A stretch of DNA of 64,000 nt from Vitrella brassicaformis CCMP3155 (Eukaryota > Protista > Chromerida): assembly GCA_001179505.1 (NCBI GenBank), contig CDMY01000273.1:62001-126000 (forward strand). Direction: 5' to 3'. The notes under the pieces were generated by a model. The model worked only from the letters and a program-made list of their open reading frames with translations. It ran no database searches and was not told the origin of the DNA. A program made the position numbers and the translations under genes. Below are positions 51,195-62,800 of this stretch, in pieces; within the stretch, counting starts at the first letter, position 1; each line of letters starts with the position of its first letter.

Positions 51195-53228
51195 ATGAAG
51201 CAGATTGACGCAACCGCGGTGCTGCTGGGCCTGGCCTCTGCCCTGTCTGTGAGTTACAGCATCATATCTGACTGCGATGAGGTCTTCAACTACTGGGAGC
51301 CGACGCACTTCATCGCCTTCCATAAGGGCATGCAGACATGGGAATACAGCCCGCAGTACGCACTGCGCTCCTATGCATACCTCCTGCCACTCGCCGGGCT
51401 CGCCAAGCTGCTGGCCCTCATCGGCTTTGCCCGGCCTCTCATCTGGTTCATCTTACGGGGCGTGCTGGCCATCTCTTGTGCCATCATTCAGGGCTCTCTT
51501 ATCAGCGCATTGGGTTCGGCTGTCAGCCCATTAGTCGCCCGCTATGCTTTGCTGGCCTTCATCTGCAGCCCCGGTCACGTGCTGGCGTCGTCGCCCTTGC
51601 TTCCCTCCTCGACCTTCATGCAGCTGTCGATGCTCGTGTGGACGCTGTGGCTACGCAACAGGTGTGCCTTGGCTGTGGGCGTGGCCGTGTTCGCCACAGT
51701 GGCCACCAACTGGCCGTTCGCCGCTTTGCTGTTCGTCCCCTTCATGCTGGACGTCTTCCTTGCCAAAGGCATCGTGTGGTCGGTGGTTTGGGGGCTGCTG
51801 TGGGGCGCTCATGTCACTGCACCGGTCGTGCTTGTCGACTATGTCTTTTATGGACGGTGGCTGGCCAGTCCGCTCAACATAGCCATGTACAACACGGGCA
51901 TCGGGGCTGGCGAGAGTGCGGCTGGCCGGTCGGTGTTGTATGGGGTGGAGTCATGGCACTACTACGCCACCAACCTGCTGCTCAACTTCCACGTCTGGGT
52001 GCCCCTGGCTGCTCTGGGTGCGGTCGTCATGGCTGTGAGGTGCTGCTCACGCCAGAAGAAAGAGAAAGGAATGACAGGTGTTGCAGCACCATCCGCCAGG
52101 CGCTTCACGTTTGTGGTGCTGTCGCCCCTGTTGATCTGGCTGGCCGTCATGTTCCGGCTGCCCCACAAAGAGGAGAGATTTCTGTTCGTTATCTACCCAC
52201 TGATCAGCATCGCGGCTGCGTGTGGCTGCGAGGCCATCCACAACGCTGAGGGCTTCTTCTGCGGCGGTGCGGCCAAAGTGCCGGGCAAGGCCGACCAGGA
52301 CATAGCCGCCAGCAGCAGCAAGCCAGTGGCCATGTCGTTACTGCGGCTGGTGTTGCGAGGGCTGCGTGTGGGGATGTGGTGTGGGCTGTTGCTGGGGGCG
52401 TCGCTGACTGTCAGCCGTGTGGCTGGTTTGTACGTTTACTACGGCCGGCCGGTGTTCCGTGTGTGGGAGAGGACCATGGCTGCCGTGGAGAAAGAGGAGA
52501 GCAAGTCTGTCAGTGCGTGCACAGGTAGATGAAATGGGTTGGTCTGGGACGTGTTGAGTGATCGCCCGATGCCATGTGTGTGCGTGTGTGTGTGTGTGAT
52601 TCAGGTGCGGATTGGCATCGGTATCCCAGCAGTTTCTTCCTGCATGAAAGGGCAGAGCTGCGGTTCGTCAGGGCGGGCTTCAAAGGTGGGTGATAACTAA
52701 CTAACATGACGGACACATACATCAACAGACAGACCGAGGCGAGGGGGGCTGTGCTGTGCTGTGCCGTTGGTGTGTCAGGCTTGCTGCCTGGTGTGTTCAA
52801 CTCCACATCCAGTATCCCACCAGGCATGAACGACGACAATCGAGAAGACCCTCACAAGTGTGTCAGACAGGCGGCCAGAGAGAGGCACTCACCCATACAT
52901 ACGCACACTGTCTCTGTCGGTTGTGCATACACACAGGTACGTGTCGATAAGTGAGTGCGACTACTTAGTCGACTCGACGGACCAGCCATTGGCGGCCAAC
53001 GCACCACGGCCACGCGAGAAGCTCATGCAGTTGAATGGCGATGCGATTGCCGCCGACCAGCTGGCCTTCGAGTCGGTGTCATGCTATCCCATCCTGGAGG
53101 CGGCCATGAGCCGTGCACCATACAGGAGCTTCCTCATCCCGCCGTGGAGCATAGAGACGCATGAGGGCCGCAACACGTTCGTGCAGATGTGTGTGTGGAA
53201 AGTGGTGGCCGGGCGGACGACAGATTGA
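51195..53228 (+). CDS. ALG9: Dol-P-Man alpha-1,2-mannosyltransferase (GT22)
   Basis: ISDCDEVFNYWEPTH, QTWEYSPQYALRSY, LLPSSTFM, PHKEERFLFVIYP, WHRYPSSFFL, MNDDNRE and CDYLVD. Multiple transmembrane segments. Confidence 0.95.
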
Positions 53229-53326
53229 ATTCATTCGTTCATGTCATGTATCGATACATGCAATTGATGTGACTGACATTTATGTGCCATGCCATCATGA
53301 GGGCGTGGCGTTCATGGACAGACAGT

Positions 53327-55615
53327 TCACATTTGCTCGTGTAGGTGCATTGCCTTGGCAGCCAGCGCCTTGATCACCCCACACATTTCCCCACTGCACT
53401 TGCCGAACGTCATGCGCAGCAGCAGCAGGGAGGCAGTCACCCACTTGACGGACGCATCATCCTTCGAAACACCAACACACACACACGCGTAGACACACAT
53501 GAGTCCAGTCCGTGCTTGGCTTCCACGCCCTTGGAGCTGACGCGCACGCACCGCACCTTGGTGAGCTGCGATTTCCAGAGCCAGGCAGATGCCACACAGT
53601 AGCTTGACAATGGTCGCACGCGAATCGATGTCGGGGTCACTGGTGAGGCCGCGCATCGTCATGCCCATCACGTACGCCTTGAGCGCGTAAAGGGTCTTGT
53701 CGAGCAGCACCCTGTCCATGTCCACGGCTGCTGCTGCTGAGTCCTCTTCAAGACTGAGACACTGCAGCAACAGCTGCAAAACAGGGAGACACACAGCACC
53801 CACAGATTCGTGCGTGCACACGCTTGTCCGTGCCTCGTGCACGCAGCCTCAACTTGGGACATACCATCATCAGCGCCGCCATCGGCCCTGGTCTGCGAAA
53901 GACAAATACACACACGCCACACACATGCCGAATGAACGAACAGCTCTCTCCTGTGCATACAAGTATGCTATGAGGCAGTCGACATCACTTAGGTTGGTCA
54001 CATCCATCGAGTCAGAGATCACCACATCCACGGCCTGCAGAGTGGACAACAAACAAGGGGCCGTACATCGATTGCACGATGGGTGGTGCGTGTGTATGTG
54101 TGCTGACTTGGCGCAACAAACCTGGTCAAAGCACACCACAATAGAGCCATCAACACAATTCCTTCTCAATAAAGCTGGGGGCCTACTTTCGACAGAATGT
54201 CTCAGCCCTCCAATAAGCTCCTCCTTCCTCTCTGGCCGTGACAGCACGATGGCAGCAGCCGCCTCGAGCGCCGCACACGTGCAATGCTGCCCCACACGGA
54301 CCCTCCTCGCGGAGAAGGAGCTCACCTTGACCGGACTCGCCCCAGCTGCCTTTCCCTCAGCTCTTTTGTCGCCCCTTGTTGCCGACCTCACTGCCGAGAA
54401 GAAGCCCCTGGTACTACTTGTGGTGGTGGCCTGTAGCTGCCTCTTGGCGGTCGACCTTTTCTTCTCTTTGTTGAGTCGTTCCGTCCTGACATTGGCCGCC
54501 TTGAGCATGGCGTCGATCAGCGGAGCCAGCTGGGTGTCGGAATTGGTGTTGTCGTCCATGTGTGCGGTCATGAGAAAGGCGGCAGCGGCGCCATAGGTGA
54601 CAGTGTCGCATGACGGCCGAACGCACTCGAGGCAGTCGTGCAGGAGGGGAAGAACGCCCTTATCGAGCAGGCACTTCGTCAGATGTCGCTTCTTGGCTGC
54701 ATAGAAGCAGATAGAGACATGAAGAGTGTGCACCAACAGGACAACAGAGCATCTACGTGTGAGCCCACCGGCCGCCTCCTCACTCAAGTAGCTCCGGTCA
54801 GCGACGGTGTCTCGCAACTCCCGGCACTCCTTCCACCACAGACACGCGTCCTCCTCCTCCTCACCGCCCGCCCCCTCGTCCAGAAGGTGCTCCACCATGG
54901 CCACCATGAGGCAGTGGCCGGCAGCATACAGAGCCATCCGCCAACTCAGCCCCAGCTGAGCCAGCGCAAACACCAGGTGGATGCTGTCCTCGGCTGTCTC
55001 CTCCTCCTTGCTGCAGTGCTGCATGTATGTCAGCAGCACATCCACACGGTCAGGCGTGAAGACCCCCAACACGTCGGCGGCCATAGCGTCTCTGCCAGTA
55101 GGGAAGTGGTAGAGCCCCTCCATCATATTGGTGATAACGTCGATAAGGGTGGCAGGGGGCATGTCGGGCAGCGACAAGAGGCCGAGATGCGCATCGAGGA
55201 AAGCTGCCAGCCTGCCGTTGTCGATGAGATAGCTGATCAGCCACGGCAGATGGCCGAGCGTGTCGGTCGTCACGTAAGGGCTCATCAGCTCACACCAGCA
55301 GTCGAAGAGGACCTCCACTTCCGACGCATCGCGGGGCGACAGGCTCATCAGCACATCTACACCTCCACTTTTGGCAAACAACTCACATGTTCTGCTGCTT
55401 GGTTCCTCCATTCCGCTGTCCGTCATCGTGTCCATGAGGTCTTGCAGCCCTGTCGTCCACAGGCGGTCCAGCTGCCCTGTTCTCAACATGGAAGCCAACC
55501 GCTTGACTGTCTTCTTGTAGCTGCGGTCCCTGCCCTCGTCACTCCCGTGATTCAGGGGGCGGGCTTCAGCGTCATGGCCTTCCGGCCGCTTACACATGCT
55601 GAATGCGAGACCCAT
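53327..55615 (-). CDS. Alpha-solenoid (ARM-like) hypothetical protein with N-terminal MGxxxSxC
   Basis: ~1.5-kb open first exon of amphipathic helices plus small downstream exons. No family recognised. Confidence 0.65.
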
Positions 55616-55761
55616 GGCGGATGTGTGTGCGCCTCTTTGCCTGTGGCTGAGTGCACTACAGGGCCACCAGAGGGCCACAGTGGAGGGCCTGAACACTCAG
55701 TTTCAACAACGTTGCCCGGGAGACGGGGGGCTGCGAGACGGCCCCCAAGACGGTGCCCAAA

Positions 55762-56718
55762 ATGGCGAGTACAGCTCCTGTCGAGGACAAGAAGGCATTT
55801 CACCCCATCGACGTTCCCTTCCCACCCTTCTTCGACAAGGAGCTGCGGGAGGCCTGGCTCAAGTGGGGTCTCAGCGAGGACATGGGGGCCGTCAAATTCT
55901 CATTCGACAACGCCCTGCCGACCGCCGCAGCCACCACACAGATCAGCAAAGATGTCCTTCGGCCGTTTGTCGAGGACTTCTTCTCGGACCCGACGGTGCG
56001 TTCGGCGCTGCGAGGGGCGTTTCCCATGGTGTTTGGGAGTGGGCGCACGGTGTGCGAGTTTGATGTGATGCGGACGAGCAAGACGCGGATGAGCTTCCTG
56101 AGCGAGCCTTTGGTGAATGGGGGCATCGTGAGTGAGAGCGGACACATCAAGGGGCGCCTGGAAGAGGACTATGAAGGTGCCCATGCACACACATGGAGAC
56201 GATGTGTATGCATGGATAGGATGGTCGTGTTTGTTGTTGTTGTCGTGCCTGTGTGTGTGGTGCAGGCATTCCGATAGTCAATATGCTGCGTGAGTGTCTC
56301 CTTATGGAGGAGAGCGAGCACTGGGAGGTTTTCTCTGAGCAGGACCGGTGCGAGTTCCTCTTGATGATCTTCCAGCACCTGGTGGTCGGGGGGGCCATGA
56401 ACCAGTACGACGACAGCGCCACCCCCTACTATGACACCACACGACGCCTCTACAAGGAGTTCTGCAGTGTGAGACGCAACGAAGACGGAGACATTCAGGT
56501 AAGAACACATCAACGGTGCAGAAAGCCGTGTGCATCCAGCGTCTTCTCTTGTGTTGGTGGTTCAGGTGATATCAAAGGTAGTGCGGGTGCGTTCGTTCTC
56601 TGATGAGGGGTCCTCGCTGTTTCCCCGCGAGCATCCCTCCAACTTTTGCTATTTGATCATCGACCCGCTCAGTCGGCAGCTGTGGGTGTGGTACTATGGC
56701 TATCGACCCTGGTTCTGA
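55762..56718 (+). CDS. CFAP300: Cilia- and flagella-associated protein 300 (C11orf70)
   Basis: WLKWGL, FVEDFFSDP, LRECLLMEESEHWEVFSEQDRCEFLLMIFQHLVVGGAMNQYDD and NFCYLIIDP..R..WVWY. Confidence 0.92.
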
Positions 56719-56992
56719 CTGATGCATGGATGGATGATTGGGTGCACGTGTGTGTTGTGGATGGACACGTTGACGGACAGGGCTGATCGAAGGGCACTGG
56801 TGTCTCACAAGTGTTTGTATGGCAATGCACACACAAGACAACTCGCAGGGTCTGTACTCGAGGGCACAAAAAATCCAACATGACGCACAGAAAAAACACC
56901 TCACTCGCTCATCATACATTTGAGCCTCATCGGCTCAATCGATCGATCGACACGCCAGTTCTTCCATCCTAACCCGCCCTAATGTCATATGG

Positions 56993-59504
56993 CTAGTAGA
57001 GTGCCGTCTTCTCCTTGACGAATGTCCGCCTCGCCTCGACATCAGACGGATCGTACGGATACATGCTCCGAGGGTAGTACCTGCCAGCCAGCCAGCCGCC
57101 CTCGGGTGTGGTGTGAAGGGTATTATTCGTGCTCACCTCTCTGATTTTGTGTCCCCGTGAGCATAGTCAAATCGCCCCTCCTCCAGCTGGTACGCCACAT
57201 ACGAGTTCCTGTGGCCGAACTTGACAACCGCACCGAGAATCCGAAAGGGATTCCCTTTCTGTGCATCGACAGGCACACACACAGGGGGAGGCAGGCTCTC
57301 TGTAATGTTGGTGTGGTCTCCTGGATGAGTGTCGGTATACCTCGGGCGTGATCGTTCTGAAGACAAAGATGTCGTCGAATGACTTGGCAAAGTCCAAACG
57401 CTCCTGCCTGCCGGTGGTCCCCATCATGCCATCGGGGCTAGGGACGTCCTGATCGATACACACAAACGGACGGACGATGCGCTGCCCTTTTCCTTGCCGC
57501 ATCCCCGCTCGCAGGCAATGGCGTACCCGCAGCCTTGGATTCAGCATTATAAAGGGGCGTGCACCCACTGCCTCCTGCATCTCATCCAGCACCTCAACGA
57601 TCGGGGTGCTCTTCTGCAATGCATTACACGCAGACACCCATGTGGACGCACAAGAGGGCATGGAAGCTTGTTGTGCTCACGGCGGTTTGCGGGCAGAAGA
57701 CGATGAAGATGTCGTCGTCATCCTCCACAAACTGAGGTCCCACGCCGCCGAATCGCACCTTCCCATCTAACCTGAACACACACGAGGCCACTGAGCTGGG
57801 GTCATGTGTTTGGCCTCCATCCCTCACCTTGGTGGGAGGCTCTCTGCTGCGACGACCTCACTGAGCGACTTGAGGCCTCGTGCGGGGATGGGCTCCTCAC
57901 GCTGCAGCCGCATCAACAGTGCACACACCACATGTAGGCCAATCCGGGCATACAAAGATCGTGTGTGTCGTGGTGTGTGCGTGCCTACAGGTTGGTATGG
58001 CTCTGAACCATCACCCCTGTAAGAGGAAATGGAGAGAATGGATGGGTGTACACTAGCTGGACGCTTATTTGGTCTGAAGAACATCTTCCGCACCAGTCCA
58101 TCATACCGAACATCTTCCGCACCCCGGCCAACGGCAGAGGGGTGCCCTGACGAAAGCCTATCTCCACCGCACCCTGAAACAGCCAAAGCGGCGGACGCAG
58201 ACACACACAAAGGATTCAATGCATTCATCTGCCTCGCCAGCTGTATACCTACCTGTATGCAAATCTTGACATTTCGTCCGGTCTCCTTGACGACGTACAG
58301 GGCGACCTCCCTGACCAGCTCCATCAGTGTGGCCACGCGGTACGTGTCAATAGTTGGATTGGTCTCGGGCACATTGATCCGCAGTCGCATCTTCGACGAC
58401 GCGTAGTCGCGATCGATCACGGCCTGGTGAACAGCAAAGGCGGCGCTGCGATAGAACCACTCACTGCGACACATACAGACAGACACCAATGCAGGGAAGA
58501 CAGGCGTAGCTCGTATCTCGTTTGCACACCGGACGGCTTGACTCATTGGTACGCTGTTCACCTGCACACACACAGACGTGTACGCAGCGATGCCCCATTT
58601 CTCCGTCTGAGTGTGTCTGTTTGTCTGACATTGAGGCCCATTGGCAGCTCCTGAGATGACCCGATGGGGATGGCCATCAAACTGCCATCAAGAACAGGCA
58701 CAAGACAACGAATGAATACGACACAATGATCACCTCACTCGCAGCTGCGTGCATGGATGTACCTCGCGATGCTCTTGGCGCGATCGGCCCTCCTGCTGAG
58801 CGCCATCAACGCCTGCTTCAACCCATCAACTGCACACCAAATCCACGCAATCAGCCACAAGAGCATCCAAAGGCTTCGGCGTGAGCTCACCAGTGGTCAC
58901 TCGTCCATCGAAAGGGATGGCGACCGTCTCTAGAGTGGTCTTCTTGTCGCTGCCGAACAGCTTCCTCTCAGTGATGGTCAGGTTGACAATGGCCTCGTCC
59001 TCAGTCATATCCACCAGGAGCGCATCGTCGATGACAAACAGACCAGCTTGCCAGAAATTCGCCTTGGTCATCCGCTCCTTGATGTCCGCGTCAAGACGAG
59101 AAGCATACGCAACCAAATCATCCTAAGAAACAAGCAAAGCAAGCAGAACGACCAATGAGGGAAGCAAACACAGCCAATCAACAAACAAGCATCATGCAGC
59201 TTCTTTCACAGTGACTGCGCACCTTGTGTTTGGTGTTCATGTACTCAAGTAGAGTGGATCTGTCCTTCTCGTTGAGCTGCAGCGATTGCCTGAACGTCCC
59301 CGCATAGAACGGCGAGGATGAAGCTGCACCGATCTTTGTCCTGGCGCCACGCCGCCGCAAGATCAGCCCTGAGGCATGAGTAAGTCTCCATTGCGGCACA
59401 GAGAAGCAACCAGCCAGCGCAGCACAGCTGCAGAGGGTGCTGAGCCACACAAGACTAACTCTGCAGCTCTGTTGGCCCTTCGCAATGAGTCCGCTTCGTC
59501 GCAT
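56993..59504 (-). CDS. Plastid-targeted DUF2470 + DUF1995 protein
   Basis: Bipartite leader (..CAALAGC-F), LLEYMNTKH (DUF2470-like), then LRINVPETNP.IDTYRVATLMELVRE, PLPLAGVRKMFGMMDW, DDIFIVFCPQ, RPFIMLNPRL and GRQERLDFAKSF (DUF1995, as in plant LPA3/AMK5 C-terminus). Confidence 0.8.
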
Positions 59505-59891
59505 TGCGTTGCGAGCCTCAGGAAAAACAGGTCAGCGTTCATCAGTAGGGTTCGGGTTTTAGGGTTGTCCAGTGATGGGGTTATAGGATTTGCTGACTTG
59601 GTCACGGTCTTTGGCAGAGTCCAAGCATTCACTGACACCAGCCTCCCCCCTGCGTGGAGCTCCTCTGCCTCAGCCAGAACCTCTTGTCTCGCATCCCTCG
59701 CAGTTTTGTCCTTGTGTTCATAACTAGGTCCTCTCTCTGCGGCTGTCTTTCATCTGCACTAGCTGACCACGGGGCGCGAACAGTCGGCATTGACGGAGGC
59801 CGGGAGTGACCCACTCGCAGAGCCCTCCCGCTCCCCTCGCCTCGTCCCCCCCGCCTGTCTACTCTCTCCTGTGTGAATTTCGTGTGTGAGG

Positions 59892-62800
59892 ATGGCGTGC
59901 GAGGTGCTGTCGATGATCGGCAGCTTCGACGAGCTCTCAGATGTACAGCCGGTGGTGAGCAAACACACAGCCCTGCTCGGGTTACAAAGATGGCTGCATG
60001 CGTGTGGGTGCGCATCTGCTGCGCTGTGTGTTGTGTGGGTGTCGATATTATGTCAGGGCGGCTGTCACTGTGGAGGCGTGCATCTGCCTATCGGTGCTGT
60101 GTCTTGCCATCATGACCACCATCCATCGGAGGAGCAGCGCAAGGAATGGGTACCGCGCCCAGACGCACACACACACACAAGGCACCCACACACACTCGAT
60201 AGATGCCCTTATCTGTGTGGCAGGGTCGTTTAAACGACGAGGGTCGCGTAGATTGGTGTTCGCGTGAGGGCAAGTGGAATGTGCACGCCGCCGCATCGAT
60301 GAACTACCAGGTCGCCATGAGCCCTACGCTGTTCGATGTCGACGACGGCACGTTCGCGAGCCACTACAGCAAAACAAAGAGGTGCGTATGAGCGGATGGG
60401 ATGGCTGGCGTGTCCTGTGTGAATGCGCTGGGTTGGGTGCGTGTTTATGGTCGCCTGTGCAGGTGTTTGGCGTTTGTGGATTCGTTTGTGTGGAGCGAGT
60501 ACGGCGACCGGCTGCGGACCTACTTCAACACGTACGAGATCAACGCCCACTTCGTGCCCATCAACATACCAGAGGAACAGAAAACTCTCGCGGTGAGTCC
60601 GCAGACCCACTCACACAAGTGGATAGATACACCACACACGGACGAATGGCTGCCCTNNNNNNNNNNNNNNNNNNNNNNNNNNNNNNNNNNNNNNNNNNNN
60701 NNNNNNNNNNNNNNNNNNNNNNNNNNNNNNNNNNNNNNNNNNNNNNNNNNNNNNNNNNNNNNNNNNNNNNNNNNNNNNNNNNNNNNNNNNNNNNNNNNNN
60801 NNNNNNNNNNNNNNNNNNNNNNNNNNNNNNNNNNNNNNNNNNNNNNNNNNNNNNNNNNNNNNNNNNNNNNNNNNNNNNNNNNNNNNNNNNNNNNNNNNNN
60901 NNNNNNNNNNNNNNNNNNNNNNNNNNNNNNNNNNNNNNNNNNNNNNNNNNNNNNNNCCGCACCGCATCGGGGGCTACCGCTTCCGCACCGACATCACCTT
61001 CGACGAGCTGGTCGACGTCTGCGGCGAGTACGCACGGGTGATGACTGTGCGGGTCGAGAAGCTCATCTGCGACGCGCCCGCGACGCTGCGGCTCCTGCCG
61101 CCCGTCACCGATAGCGATAGAAAGGAATGGGTGAGTGAGCTAACACAGACAGGCACAGAGAGAGTCGTGGGTCGTGTCTGGTGGCTCATTTATGTGGTGT
61201 TGTGTGTGTGTGTGTGTGGATGGGTGTGCAGAGGTTGAAGAACGACGACGGTCGTGTGGAATGGGAGGCGTGTTACGGCACCTGGTCGGTGGTGGCGAGC
61301 CAGCGCATGGACTACGAGGTCACCATGCGCCCGGGGCTGTTCGACCCGGCAGACGACGCACTCGCACAGTTCTACGCCAAAACCAAGAGGTGAATGACCG
61401 CCTCCACAGGCATCCACGGACGAGTGTGTGTGTGTGAGTGGATGTGTGTGTGTCTGGATGTGCAGGTGTCTAGCGTACGTTGACCCGTTGGTGTGGCAGG
61501 AGTATGGCCATCACATCAAGGCCTACTTCGAGGCGCACAACATCGCAGCTCGGTTCGTACCGTGCGCTGCACCGGAGGAGAACAAAAACCTTGAGGTACG
61601 CCTGAGATACAAACACACACAGAAGGCCCTTTGACACATTGTCCCATGTGTGTGCGCGTGTGTGTGTGTGTGTGTGTCAGTTGCTGGCTGCCGGTGCGCA
61701 AGCCATAGTCGATTTCGGTTTGGATCGTCGGCACGAGCCTGTCTTGGCCATCGGCGGCGGTGTGCTGATGGACGTGGTGAGTTTGCTGTCGTCTCTGTAC
61801 AAGCGCAGGGTGCCCTTCATCCGCATCCCCACCACTTTCCTCGGCATCGTCGACGCGTCCATCGGCGTCAAGACGGGCGTCAACTTCGGCAAAAACAAAA
61901 ACATGCTCGGCACCTACACGCCGCCCAAGGCCGTCTACATCGACACGGCCTTCCTCCGCACAGTTCCCGCACTCCACATCAGAAACGGACTCTGCGAGAT
62001 CATGAAAATGGCCCTCATGCGTGACAACGAGCTCTTCGCACTGCTGGAGGTACACGGGCGGCACATCCACGCACGGCTTGCCTGTGTTGACACATCCTTC
62101 TATCTGTGTGTATGTCCCGATATCTGTGTGTATGTCCCGCGTGCCTGTCTGGTTTAGGATTTTGGTGAGCGTTTGATCGAGACGCGTTTCGGGCACTACA
62201 CGGGCGGCGTGGGGGCGACGATGCCGGCTGCCGAGCTGTCGCAGGTGTGGGAGGCCGGCCAGGAGGTGATCCGCAGAGCCATCCACACGATGCTCGAGGA
62301 ACTCTCCTGCAACCTCACCGAACAAAACCTATACCGGTAAGCCAAACACAGACATTCGCAGAGCCAGCACACACAGCTGTACATAAAGCCTTCCGTTTGT
62401 CTGTGTGTGTGAATGTCAGTTGCGTTGATTTCGGTCACATCTGGGGCCCCGCTGTGGAGCTGGCGGCCTCCCCGCCCATCCCCCATGGGTTTGCGGTCAA
62501 CCAGGACATGGCCTACTGCGTGTACCTGAGCTACCGGGGCGGGTCGCTCACATGGGAGGAGGCGTGCCGCGTATGGCACTGCATGGACCGCCTGGGCCTG
62601 CCGCGCAGCCACACCTACTACCTCGACCCCTCCCTGATGCACCCCACGCTCATGAAGATGCAGAAGACCCAGGCCGGCATGCACAGGGTGCCCATCCCGC
62701 ACCGCATCGGGGGCTACCGCTTCCGCACCGACATCACCTTCGACGAGCTGGTCGACGTCTGCGGCGAGTACGCACGGGTGATGACTGTGCGGGTCGAGAA

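Noticed and set aside
50700-51323. Apparent long antisense overlap of the 350-aa (-) and 610-aa (+) ORFs
   Set aside because: Homology begins only at Met 50978 (PhyH) and Met 51195 (ALG9). The extensions are stop-free read-through of a GC-rich divergent spacer.
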